A stretch of DNA of 64,000 nt from an uncultured Verrucomicrobia subdivision 3 bacterium (GTDB lineage: Bacteria > Verrucomicrobiota > Verrucomicrobiia > Limisphaerales > UBA11358). The notes under the pieces were generated by a model. It searched no databases, was not told where the DNA came from, and saw only the letters and a program-made list of their open reading frames with translations. Positions within the stretch are counted from its first letter, which is position 1. Each line of letters opens with the position of its first letter. Below, piece after piece: positions 28,015 through 36,720 of the stretch. The stretch is taken from the NCBI GenBank assembly GCA_903918885.1, contig CAIXFY010000030.1, forward strand, positions 39,324-103,323, in the 5' to 3' direction. The position numbers were made by a program, and so were the translations under genes.

Positions 28015-28719
28015 TCAACGCCAGTGGCCGCGATTATGATGCCAACCGCGTTCGTCGCGCCAATTATAACCGCCAATCCAAACGCTGAAGCCAGATGGCG
28101 GACGCGACCAGTAACCCGCGCGCCAAGCCCAGCGGTTGTTCCATTCCCATTCGCCACTGACCCACACGTAGCCCGGCCCCGGCCCAACCACCACCGTTTC
28201 TGCTGGCGGCGGCGGTGGTGCTTGCTGGATGACGGTCACCGCGGCCCCGGCTGTGTTCGGCGTGTTGATCATGTTATTCACAATCTTATCACTCACGCCG
28301 GCATCACGCAGGCCGATGATGTCACTCGCGCTCAAATGAAAAACGCTGTGCGTCGCGCCGATTTGGTTGATGACGACATCCTCGCTGATGCCGGAGCGAA
28401 CCAACGCTTTGACATCCGCCATACTCAAAGATTGGCCTTGATCCACGCGCGTGTAAGTCTGCGGGGCTTGCTGGCGTAGACGGCTCTGTTGCTGCTGATC
28501 CACCGAGTTGCCGATTAATCCGCCGGCCACTGCGCCCACCGCCGCGCCAATCAGCGCGCCCTCGCCGCCGCGCCCGTTCGCTCCGCCAATCAACGCTCCC
28601 GATCCGGCGCCGATGAGCGCACCGGAGCCGGTGTAGTATTGTGTGCCATCGGGATTGACGCAGCCGGTCAGCACCACGGCTAGAGACAGGGCGGCAAAAA
28701 TTGTGAGGTGAAATTTCAT
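28015..28719 (-). CDS. glycine-zipper lipoprotein with YXWGXW-type Trp-rich C-terminus
   Basis: Lipobox VLTGC. GALIGAGSGALIGG...GAAVGAVAGGLIG. Two copies of a (D)V..L...G(I/V)S(E/D).(V/I)(V/I)N.(I/M)(G/I) motif (MADVKALVRSGISEDVVINQIG and ASDIIGLRDAGVSDKIVNNMIN). C-terminus GYVWVSGEWEWNNRWAWRAGYW. Confidence 0.65.
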   Translation of the reverse strand: MKFHLTIFAALSLAVVLTGCVNPDGTQYYTGSGALIGAGSGALIGGANGRGGEGALIGAAVGAVAGGLIGNSVDQQQQSRLRQQAPQTYTRVDQGQSLSMADVKALVRSGISEDVVINQIGATHSVFHLSASDIIGLRDAGVSDKIVNNMINTPNTAGAAVTVIQQAPPPPPAETVVVGPGPGYVWVSGEWEWNNRWAWRAGYWSRPPSGFSVWIGGYNWRDERGWHHNRGHWR

Positions 28720-28817
28720 AAAGTTAATTCCTATTTGCTAAAACATCCGACAAGTGGAGAGACGCGGCAATTCAAAAAAAGTTTCAACTCGCCGACAAAA
28801 CTGCCATTTTACCGACG

Positions 28818-29591
28818 ATGATTGCAAAACGTGTCAGTCCCTGCCTCGATGTCCACGACGGCCAGGTCACGCGCGGCGTTCAATTTGGCGTCGCCGAAAA
28901 AGGCGGCCTCAAGAACGTCGGTGATCCCGTGGAACTCGCCCTCCGTTACAACGAACAGGGCGCGGACGAAATGGTGTTCTTCGACATCACCGCCACCGCG
29001 CACGGACGCGGCACGATGGTGGACGTCATCGAACGCGCGGCCGACCAATGCTTCATGCCCCTCACCGTCGGCGGCGGCATCAAGTCCGTGGACGACATGT
29101 TTACCATGCTGCGTGCCGGGGCGGATAAAATTTCCATCAACTCCAGCGCCATCGCCAATCCCGAACTCATCCGGCAAGGCGCGGAAAAATTCGGCAGCCA
29201 GTGTATCGTCGTCTCTATTGACGCCAAGAAAATTGCGCCGGACAAATGGGGTGTGTTCGCTGCCGGTGGCCGCAAAGAAACCGGCCTCGACGCCGTGGAA
29301 TGGGCCAAGAAAGCCGTGGCGCTCGGCGCAGGCGAGATTGTGCTTAACTCGATTGACGCCGACGGCACGAAGGCCGGGTTCGACCTCGTCATCACGCGCC
29401 GCATCAGCGAAAGCGTCGGCGTCCCCGTCGTGGCCAGCGGCGGCGCGGGCACGCTGGAACACATGGCCGAAGTGCTGCTCGCCGGCAAAGCCGACGCGGT
29501 GCTGGCCGCGAGCATTTTTCACTTTGGAACATTCACCGTCGGCGACGTGAAACGGTTTTTGAAGGAGAAGAATATTCCGGTGCGCTTGTAA
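28818..29591 (+). CDS. hisF: imidazole glycerol phosphate synthase cyclase subunit
   Basis: [51 protein letters not shown]. Confidence 0.95.
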   Translation: MIAKRVSPCLDVHDGQVTRGVQFGVAEKGGLKNVGDPVELALRYNEQGADEMVFFDITATAHGRGTMVDVIERAADQCFMPLTVGGGIKSVDDMFTMLRAGADKISINSSAIANPELIRQGAEKFGSQCIVVSIDAKKIAPDKWGVFAAGGRKETGLDAVEWAKKAVALGAGEIVLNSIDADGTKAGFDLVITRRISESVGVPVVASGGAGTLEHMAEVLLAGKADAVLAASIFHFGTFTVGDVKRFLKEKNIPVRL

Positions 29592-29623
29592 CAGGATTCT
29601 TAATTTGATAATTTTTCTGCGGT

Positions 29624-30550
29624 ATGAAAATCTTCATTAGCTGGTCAGGTAAACCGAGCCTCAATGTGGCAATGGCCTTGAGGGATTGGCTGCCCTACAT
29701 TTTCAACGGCATCGAATTGTTTGTTTCATCGGAAGACATCAGAAAAGGCAAACGCTGGCCGCTGGAAGTAAGCAAGGAACTCGACGTTTGCAATTTTGGC
29801 ATTGTTTGCCTGACTCCTGATAATTTGGAAGCGCCGTGGTTGCTCTTTGAGTCGGGAGCGCTTTCAAAATCGGTCAAAGAAGCGTCTGTCTATACATTGC
29901 TTGTTGGAGGTTTGCGAATTGGTGATGTTGAGGGGCCGTTATCGCATTTCCAGCATACCATGTTCGAGAAGGAAGACTTTTTCAAGCTCGTCAAATCCAT
30001 CAATGAAGCACTGGAACCAAACAAACAGGACGAAACGCGTCTAAAAAAGATTTTCGATAAATTTTGGGACGATCTTGAAACAAATGTATCTATAGCGATT
30101 AAGATAGATTCAAAGCCGGAAAAAAAACGTAGTTCAGAGGATATGCTTCGTGAATTGCTTGAAACAACCAGCTATATCGCTCGGAATATTCCTGATACGC
30201 GCCAAAATGAATTTACGGGTTCAGCGCGTTTTGGTAACGAATTAATCCTTTCCAAACCAACTCTGTCGGATGTCGATTTTTGGGAGCAGATTCTTGAGAA
30301 CGTAGGAAAAAAAAGCCCATTTACTAAAGGGTATCTTAATGAAGGCATAGGCCGATTTGCAAATGGAACGCTCACTGTAACCTATCCTCATGAGCGTGAG
30401 GATTATCTTGTTTTAGTTAACAACGAACGAAACATTAAACTGCTTCAAAAGGTTCTAACCGAGTTAGGTTATGGCGATGGTTGCAAAATCGTCTTCACGA
30501 AAAATGCTCCCCCAGTAAAAATACCGACAAGACCTCCGCCAAGAAAGTAA
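29624..30550 (+). CDS. TIR domain-containing protein with uncharacterised C-terminal region
   Basis: N-terminus MKIFISWSGKPSLNVAMALRDWL...ELFVSSEDIRKGKRWPLEV...GIVCLTPDNLEAPWLLFESGAL follows the bacterial TIR (TIR_2/DUF1863-like) strand/helix pattern, including the conserved Glu. Hand counts of 60-nt lines give 33-55 % G+C inside the gene against about 63 % in hisF. Confidence 0.72.
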   Translation: MKIFISWSGKPSLNVAMALRDWLPYIFNGIELFVSSEDIRKGKRWPLEVSKELDVCNFGIVCLTPDNLEAPWLLFESGALSKSVKEASVYTLLVGGLRIGDVEGPLSHFQHTMFEKEDFFKLVKSINEALEPNKQDETRLKKIFDKFWDDLETNVSIAIKIDSKPEKKRSSEDMLRELLETTSYIARNIPDTRQNEFTGSARFGNELILSKPTLSDVDFWEQILENVGKKSPFTKGYLNEGIGRFANGTLTVTYPHEREDYLVLVNNERNIKLLQKVLTELGYGDGCKIVFTKNAPPVKIPTRPPPRK

Positions 30551-30587
30551 CTCCTCGGCACACACCTTATTCCGCCGTTCGCGTGGC

Positions 30588-30800
30588 CAGCAAAACCGGC
30601 CAACCCCAGCGCCGTAGGCGCGGCTGACAATAGCCCGCAGTTTCAACTGCGGGTTCCGTGCGCCAGATAAAACCCAGTCCCGGAGGGACGACCGGATTTC
30701 CCGCCATCCGTCTGCCGCCCCGCTGGGGCTTGATCGGTTTTGGTAAGACCACCCGCAGTTGAAACTGCGGGCTATTTTCGGTCGTCGCTCCGCGACTTCA
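30588..30800. repeat. REP-like composite hairpin cluster (two units in opposite orientation)
   Basis: gacaatagcccgcagtttcaactgcgggt (30626-30654) and its inverse acccgcagttgaaactgcgggctattttc (30750-30778). Small hairpins gtcccggagggac and gtcgctccgcgac. caaaaccgg..ccccagcg (30591-30611) pairs with cgctgggg...cggttttgg (30720-30743). Same family as 63195-63535. Confidence 0.65.
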
Positions 30801-30983
30801 ATCCATGCCCATGTTCTCGTTTGACTCGGCTGGCGGATAAATTCATTTTCTGCGGCATGGATTTCACCTCCTCCCGCTGGCTTCCCATCGTGCGGCTGAC
30901 CGGCTCAAATCTTTTTTCCGCAGTCCGCGCGGGCGGCTAAATCCGCTTGGCAGTCGCTTGTCATTCTGTTTAATTGGCCGCGC

Positions 30984-33263
30984 TTGAAATCATTCTTCGC
31001 CATCGTCCTGACTGGTCTTGCCGCGTTTTTCGCCGTTTCCGTCATCGCACAGGAAGCGCCATCGTGGGAAGTGCAGTCGTTGAGCCAGATCATTCCCGGC
31101 ACGGTCGAGGGCAAGGTGGATTACGATCTCGCGTCCGGCACGGCCGTCGGCACGAACGGCGTTTACATCAAATATGGCAACACCACGCTGACGACCGATA
31201 ACGCTTCGGTGAACACCAAGACCGGCGATGTGGATGCGGACGGTCATGTGCGCATCGAATCCGGTGACCAACTCTGGGTTGGCGAAAATGTCCATTACAA
31301 TTTCAAGACCCGCCAGATGCGGACGGAGCAGTTTCGCACGGGAAAATTTCCGATTTTCGCCGGTGGCACGGGGTTGGCGGGCAATGGCAGCAACAAGGTT
31401 TATACGGCCAGCCACGCGTTTTTCACCACGGACGACACTGCGGAACCGGGTTACGAAGTTCGCGCGAGCCGCATCAAAATCATTCCCGGGAAATCCATCC
31501 AGATGTGGAACGCCGTGATGTTCGTCGAACATGTGCCGGTGTTTTATTTTCCGTATTTCAAGCGTAACCTTGGCGAGCGGCCGAATAATTTCACTGTCAC
31601 GCCGGGCTACCGCAGCCGCTACGGCGCGTATTTTCTGAACACCTACACTTGGTATCTTGGCGACGTCGCGGACGGCAAAATCCACGCGGACTATCGCGAA
31701 CGGCGTGGCGGCGCGGCGGGGCCGGACGTGAATCTTCATCTTGGCCAGTGGGGCGATTTCGGTCTGAAATATTATTACGCCGACGACGCGCGTCCGAACA
31801 CCAGCACGAATATTTTTCCGCAATACGGCAACATTCCCGAAAACCGCCAGCGTTTCAAATTCACTTGGCAGGCCACGCCCGCGACGAATCTGAACCTCAA
31901 GGCGCTGGTGAATTATCAGAGCGATCCGCTGGTGGTGCACGATTTCAACGAAGCTGATTTCAGTTTTGATCCGCAGCCGGGCACGTTCGTTGAGGCAAAT
32001 AAATACTGGAACAACTGGAGCCTCGACGGGTTGGCCACGCCGCGCGTGAACAGCTTTTTCAATCAGGTGGAGCGGTTGCCGGATGTGCGGCTGACCGGTT
32101 TTCGCCAGCAGGTTTTTGATACGCCGATTTATTACGACAGCGAAAGTTCGGCGGGTTGGTATCGGCAGTTCAACAGTTACGCGAACGTTTACACCAACGG
32201 ATTTTACAAAGGCACGAATGGTTTTTATGCCAACTACGGCGCGCGTGCCGACACCTATCATCAACTCACGTTGCCGTGGACGTTCTTCCACTGGCTCAAC
32301 GTTACGCCGCGCGTTGGCGGGCGAATGACATATTATCATGTGACAAAAAACAGTTTCGCAGATAATGGATCCGGGCAGAAGTTCCTTTTTGGTTCAGACA
32401 GCGAAACGTATCGCGGCGTCTTCAACGCCGGGGTCGGCACATCGTTCAAAGCCTCGCGGTTGTGGCGAGACGCGACCAATTCGTTTTTGGAAGTGGACGG
32501 CTTGCGTCACATTCTGGAGCCGTCGGCGGATTATGTTTACGTTCCCGATCCCAGCACGCCGCCCGGCCAGTTGCCGCAATTTGATGCCGAGCAGCCTAGC
32601 CTGTTGCTGTTGCCGCTGACCTTCCCGGATTACAACAACATTGATTCCATTGATTCGCAAAACGTCGTCCGCTTCGGCCTGCGCAACACGCTCCAGACGA
32701 TGCGCGATGGGCAGCTCGATAATCTGCTCTCGTGGAATTTGCTGCTCGACTGGCGCTTGGATCCCAAGTCCGGTCAGGGCCGGTGGAATGATCTTTACTC
32801 CGCGTTCGCCTTCAAGCCGCGCACCTGGCTCACGCTGGAATCGCAGACGCGCTACGATGTCGAGAACCGCAATCTCAACATGGCCTTCGAGCAATTGACC
32901 TTCGCGCCGAACGACCGCTGGAGTTGGGGCTTGGGCTATTGGTATCTGCGCAATGGAACTTGGGGCAACAGCACTTGGACGGAAAACAATCTCGTCACCA
33001 GCACTTTCTTTGTGCGGTTCGGCGACAATTGGGGCGCGCGCATGACGCACAATTACAACCTCGTGGCGAATCGCATGCAGGACCAGTTCTACACGCTTTA
33101 CCGCGACCTGCGGAGCTGGACCACCGCCGTGACTTTCCGGGTGTCGAATAACTCCGGCAGCGATCCAGACTTCACCATCGCGTTGGTCTTGTCCTTGAAA
33201 GCCGCGCCCGTGACGAGCGTGGGCGAGGATGTGGTGAACCGCTACCACCTCGTCGGGGAATAA
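30984..33263 (+). CDS. lptD: LPS-assembly protein LptD (OstA family)
   Basis: TTG start and signal peptide. OstA-like N-domain (NASVNTKTGDVDADGHVRIESGDQLWVGENVHYNFKT), followed by a long aromatic-rich beta-barrel region. Confidence 0.75.
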   Translation: MKSFFAIVLTGLAAFFAVSVIAQEAPSWEVQSLSQIIPGTVEGKVDYDLASGTAVGTNGVYIKYGNTTLTTDNASVNTKTGDVDADGHVRIESGDQLWVGENVHYNFKTRQMRTEQFRTGKFPIFAGGTGLAGNGSNKVYTASHAFFTTDDTAEPGYEVRASRIKIIPGKSIQMWNAVMFVEHVPVFYFPYFKRNLGERPNNFTVTPGYRSRYGAYFLNTYTWYLGDVADGKIHADYRERRGGAAGPDVNLHLGQWGDFGLKYYYADDARPNTSTNIFPQYGNIPENRQRFKFTWQATPATNLNLKALVNYQSDPLVVHDFNEADFSFDPQPGTFVEANKYWNNWSLDGLATPRVNSFFNQVERLPDVRLTGFRQQVFDTPIYYDSESSAGWYRQFNSYANVYTNGFYKGTNGFYANYGARADTYHQLTLPWTFFHWLNVTPRVGGRMTYYHVTKNSFADNGSGQKFLFGSDSETYRGVFNAGVGTSFKASRLWRDATNSFLEVDGLRHILEPSADYVYVPDPSTPPGQLPQFDAEQPSLLLLPLTFPDYNNIDSIDSQNVVRFGLRNTLQTMRDGQLDNLLSWNLLLDWRLDPKSGQGRWNDLYSAFAFKPRTWLTLESQTRYDVENRNLNMAFEQLTFAPNDRWSWGLGYWYLRNGTWGNSTWTENNLVTSTFFVRFGDNWGARMTHNYNLVANRMQDQFYTLYRDLRSWTTAVTFRVSNNSGSDPDFTIALVLSLKAAPVTSVGEDVVNRYHLVGE

Positions 33264-33274
33264 TTTTCGGACGC

Positions 33275-34030
33275 TTACAATTCGGCCGCGAGCGAAATGA
33301 TGAAGGTCGTGCCGCGTCCGGCTTCACTTTTCACTTCGATGGTTCCCTGATGCTCCTGCGCGACGCGCTGGCAGATTGAGAGGCCGAGGCCGGTGCCGTT
33401 TTTCTTGGTCGTGAAAAACGGCTGGAACACGCGCGCCAGGTTTTCCGGAGCAATGCCGGCGCCGGTGTCCCGGATGTGAATCTTCAGCCGCTTGCCGCCG
33501 GGACTTTCAATCGTCGTCTCCGTCTGAATCGTGAGTTCGCCGTTGTTGCCGATGGCTTCCGCCGCGTTGAGCAGCAGGTTCATGAAGGCCTGTTGCAACT
33601 GGGCCTCGTCCCCGCGCACCGTGTCAGGCGCAGCCTGATAATTTTTTTTCAACGCAATCAGTCGTCCGCTCAACTGGTGTTCCAGCAAGCGTAGCGAATG
33701 GTCGAGCACCTCGTGCACGCGCACGGTCGTCAGCGCCGCCGGCTTGGGTGATGAAAATCGCAGCATCTGCGTCACGAGCGCGTCAATGCGTTTCAACTCG
33801 CGCCGCACGACTTCGGTCATCTCCTTGTCCTCGCCTTTTTCCAGTAGCACTTCCACGAAAGTGTTGATGGCCACGAGGCCGTTTTTGATTTCGTGCGCGA
33901 CACTAGCGGCGACGAGGCCGAGGTTGGCGAGCCGGTCAAGCTGGTGCAGGTTTTCCTGCAAATGATGCGTCTCGGCGGAGAGATTCGGCGCCGGGCGGTC
34001 AGTATTTGATTTTTTTTGGTCGAATGACAT
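33275..34030 (-). CDS. soluble sensor histidine kinase (HisKA + HATPase_c), orphan
   Basis: H-box LVAASVAHEIKNGL. N-box LLLNAAEA. G-boxes IRDTGAGI and GTGLGLSI. The ATG at 34030 (MSFDQ...) is preferred over the ORF-track start at 34135. Confidence 0.8.
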   Translation of the reverse strand: MSFDQKKSNTDRPAPNLSAETHHLQENLHQLDRLANLGLVAASVAHEIKNGLVAINTFVEVLLEKGEDKEMTEVVRRELKRIDALVTQMLRFSSPKPAALTTVRVHEVLDHSLRLLEHQLSGRLIALKKNYQAAPDTVRGDEAQLQQAFMNLLLNAAEAIGNNGELTIQTETTIESPGGKRLKIHIRDTGAGIAPENLARVFQPFFTTKKNGTGLGLSICQRVAQEHQGTIEVKSEAGRGTTFIISLAAEL

Positions 34031-34194
34031 TTGAAAAACCTCGACGCCACCAACCCCTCGCCAATGAGATTTGAAAAAATACTTCTTCACTTTAACCAAA
34101 ATTAAGTGTGCAACCAGCAAAATTTGTCCGAGCATCGATAAAATTCACGAATGATGTGACATTTTGCGGCTTCCAGATTAGTTTGTCCGCGCCG

Positions 34195-35394
34195 ATGAAA
34201 ACCAAATTTGATTCCATCGAGGCCGTCCTCGCCGACATTCGCAAAGGAAAAATCGTCATCGTCGTGGACGACGCCGACCGCGAGAACGAGGGCGACCTCA
34301 TCTGCGCCGGCCAGCACACCACGCCCGCCGCCATCAATTTCATGGCCAAACATGGCCGCGGTTTGATTTGCGTCTCCACCACCGGCGAACGGTTGCAACA
34401 ACTTGGCATTGAGCAAATGGTGCAGCGCAACCGCGAGAGCCACCGCACGGATTTTCAGGTCAGCGTGGACGCCGCCAAAGGCATCACCACCGGCATCAGC
34501 GCCGCCGACCGCGCGAAGACCATCCAGATCATGTCCGCGCCCGTCGCCGTGCCGGAGGATCTGGTGCAGCCCGGCCACATCTTTCCGCTGCGCGCCAAAT
34601 CCGGTGGCGTGCTCCAGCGCGCCGGCCATACCGAAGCCACCGTGGATTTGGTGCGCCTCGCCGGCTTGCGGCCCATCGGCGTGCTGTGCGAAATCCTCAA
34701 TGACGACGGCACGATGGCGCGGCTGCCGGAACTGCTGAAATTCGCCAAGAAGCACAAGCTGAAAATCTGTTCCATCGCCGCGCTCATCGAATTCCGCCGC
34801 ACGCGCGAGAAACAGGTCGAGGCGATTGAAGTCATCAAGCTGCCGACCGACTACGGCGATTTCGATTTGCACTTGTATCGCTCCAAGCTCGACGGCCAGC
34901 ATCACCTCGCGCTCGTGCGCGGCGATTTGGCCGGCAAGAAAAATGTCCTCGTCCGCGTTCACAGCGAATGTCTCACCGGCGACGTCTTTGGTTCGCGCCG
35001 CTGCGACTGCGGGCCGCAACTGCACACCGCCATGCGGCAGGTGGCCGAGGCCGGCTGCGGCGTGATTCTTTACATGCGGCAGGAAGGCCGCGGCATCGGC
35101 CTCGCGCCGAAGATTCAGGCTTACAAATTGCAGGAGCAGGGCTACGACACCGTGGAAGCGAACGAAAAGCTCGGCTTCAAGATGGACCTGCGCGAATACG
35201 GTCTCGGCGCACAAATCCTCTGTGATCTCGGCCTGAAAACCATCCGGCTGCTGACGAACAACCCGCGCAAGATTGTCGGCCTCGAAGGTTACGGCTTGAA
35301 AATCACGCAACAGGTGCCCATCAAAATAAAATCCAACCCGCACAACGAGCGCTACCTGAAAACCAAGCGCGAGAAGCTGGGGCATTTGCTCTGA
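34195..35394 (+). CDS. ribBA: bifunctional 3,4-dihydroxy-2-butanone-4-phosphate synthase / GTP cyclohydrolase II
   Basis: [15 protein letters not shown] (DHBPS) and [19 protein letters not shown] (GCH II zinc site). The ATG at 34195 is preferred over 34108. Confidence 0.9.
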   Translation: MKTKFDSIEAVLADIRKGKIVIVVDDADRENEGDLICAGQHTTPAAINFMAKHGRGLICVSTTGERLQQLGIEQMVQRNRESHRTDFQVSVDAAKGITTGISAADRAKTIQIMSAPVAVPEDLVQPGHIFPLRAKSGGVLQRAGHTEATVDLVRLAGLRPIGVLCEILNDDGTMARLPELLKFAKKHKLKICSIAALIEFRRTREKQVEAIEVIKLPTDYGDFDLHLYRSKLDGQHHLALVRGDLAGKKNVLVRVHSECLTGDVFGSRRCDCGPQLHTAMRQVAEAGCGVILYMRQEGRGIGLAPKIQAYKLQEQGYDTVEANEKLGFKMDLREYGLGAQILCDLGLKTIRLLTNNPRKIVGLEGYGLKITQQVPIKIKSNPHNERYLKTKREKLGHLL

Positions 35395-35411
35395 ACAATT
35401 AAACTTAAAGC

Positions 35412-35891
35412 ATGTTAAAACCCGTCCAAACCAAATCCATCCGCGCCGCCGGCGGCACGTTCGCCATCGTCGCGTCGAAATATAATTCCCGTTTCGTGGA
35501 CGCCATGCTGCGCGCGGCAAAAGCGGAAATTCTCCGCGCTGGCGGCAAAGTGCAAATCGTCCGCGTGCCCGGCGCGTATGAAATTCCCGTCGTCGCCGCG
35601 AAGCTGGCGGCGAACTCAAAACTCAAAACTAAAAATTCAAAACTCTCCGCCATCATTTGTCTCGGCGTCATTTTGCGCGGCGCGACGACCCACGCGCAAC
35701 ACATCGGCGAGGCCGTGAGCAACGCGCTCGTGCAGATTCAGATTCAGCATGAAGTGCCAGTGATTCATGAAGTGCTGCTGTTGGAAAACGAGCAGCAGGC
35801 CGTCGAGCGTTGTTTGGACAAAAAACACAATCGCGGCACGGAGGCGGCGCAGACCGCTTTGGAAATGGCGCGCGTGATGGCGGCTTTGTGA
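35412..35891 (+). CDS. ribH: 6,7-dimethyl-8-ribityllumazine synthase
   Basis: [43 protein letters not shown]. Confidence 0.9.
   Translation: MLKPVQTKSIRAAGGTFAIVASKYNSRFVDAMLRAAKAEILRAGGKVQIVRVPGAYEIPVVAAKLAANSKLKTKNSKLSAIICLGVILRGATTHAQHIGEAVSNALVQIQIQHEVPVIHEVLLLENEQQAVERCLDKKHNRGTEAAQTALEMARVMAAL
35613..35645 (+). repeat. 33-nt AT-rich heptad element in frame inside ribH
   Basis: aactcaaaactcaaaactaaaaattcaaaactc encodes [11 protein letters not shown]. It is 30/33 identical to 1366-1398 in thiD and lies in the same reading phase. Confidence 0.8.
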
Positions 35892-35964
35892 AACAATTCA
35901 CAATCGCCTTGCGAGACGGGCTTGGCAATGCTACTTTCCGGCTGCTCAAAAATTCAAAATTGTT

Positions 35965-36660
35965 ATGAAAAAATCTCTTTTGCTTATCGTGCTCGGACTG
36001 TTCGCCGCCGCGCAAATCCACGCCGGCGATGTCACCGGCACCATCACCTTCAAGGGCGCGGCCCCGGCGGAAAAGGAATTGACGCCCATCAAGGACGACC
36101 CGAATTGCGCGATGCTGTATCCGGCTGGTTTGCCGAAGACGAAGTTTTACGTCGTCGGCGCGAACGGCGAGCTGGCGGACGTGATTGTTTCGCTCAAGGG
36201 AATTTCCGACAAGTCCACCGGCGCGAGCGCGGCTCCGGCGACGCTCGACCAGAAGGGCGCGCTTTACGTGCCGCAAATCATCGCCATCCAGACCGGACAG
36301 AAGCTCATCGTGAAAAATTCCGATCAGCTCGTCCACAACGTCCACACCCAGCCCACGGCGAATCCCGAATCCAATCAGGTGCAGATGGGCGGCGGACCGG
36401 ATTTGACCTACACGTTCGACAAGCCGGAAGCGTTCTTAAAATTCAAGTGCGACGTGCATCCGTGGATGTTCGCGTGGGTGACAGTGGTGGATCATCCGTA
36501 TTTCGCCATGAGCGACAAGGACGGCAAATTCACCATCAAGAACGTTCCCGCTGGCAAATACACACTTGAAGCCGCGCACCGCAAGCTCGGCACGCAGACT
36601 GCCGAAGTCGAAGTGAAGGCCGACGGCGCGGCGCAGAACTTCACGTTCGAGGTGAAATAA
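35965..36660 (+). CDS. exported type-1 copper (cupredoxin) protein with C-terminal CarboxypepD_reg-like domain
   Basis: Signal peptide. Candidate T1Cu ligands are His in LVHNVH plus CDVHPWM (Cys-x2-His-x2-Met). C-terminal block DKDGKFTIKNVPAGKYTLEA. Confidence 0.6.
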   Translation: MKKSLLLIVLGLFAAAQIHAGDVTGTITFKGAAPAEKELTPIKDDPNCAMLYPAGLPKTKFYVVGANGELADVIVSLKGISDKSTGASAAPATLDQKGALYVPQIIAIQTGQKLIVKNSDQLVHNVHTQPTANPESNQVQMGGGPDLTYTFDKPEAFLKFKCDVHPWMFAWVTVVDHPYFAMSDKDGKFTIKNVPAGKYTLEAAHRKLGTQTAEVEVKADGAAQNFTFEVK

Positions 36661-36678
36661 ATTTCATTCCGTCCCGCG

Positions 36679-36715
36679 ACCGCTGCGTGACATAAACGCA
36701 GCGGTTGTTCTTTTT
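36679..36715 (+). terminator. rho-independent terminator
   Basis: Stem accgctgcgt (36679-36688) / acgcagcggt (36696-36705), followed by tgttcttttt. Confidence 0.6.
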
Positions 36716-36720
36716 GAAAC

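Noticed and set aside
28809-29550. Three overlapping ORFs (237, 242 and 189 aa) on both strands over hisF
   Set aside because: Only the 28818..29591 plus frame carries the HisF motifs. The others are low-complexity Ala/Arg/Pro/Ser frames.
28720-31000. Partner genes for the TIR protein (ThsA/SIR2, STING, CD-NTase, pAgo, NLR-like ATPase)
   Set aside because: The flanking genes are hisF and lptD. The small ORFs inside and antisense to the TIR gene (60-67 aa) have no motifs, so the gene has to be treated as solitary within this window.
30990-32339. 449-aa ORF antisense to lptD
   Set aside because: It is an Arg-rich antisense frame, and lptD on the plus strand has a signal peptide and an OstA motif.
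34031-34194. FMN riboswitch upstream of ribBA
   Set aside because: No RFN-element core (GGAUAGUUCUCAGGGCGGGGUGAAAUUCCC-like) is visible. The spacer is AT-rich and short. An Rfam RF00050 scan would settle it.
34102-35619. 505-aa ORF antisense to ribBA/ribH
   Set aside because: It is Arg/Ala/Gly-rich with no motifs. It lies opposite a gene with unambiguous DHBPS and GCH II signatures, and is a typical open antisense frame of GC-rich coding DNA.
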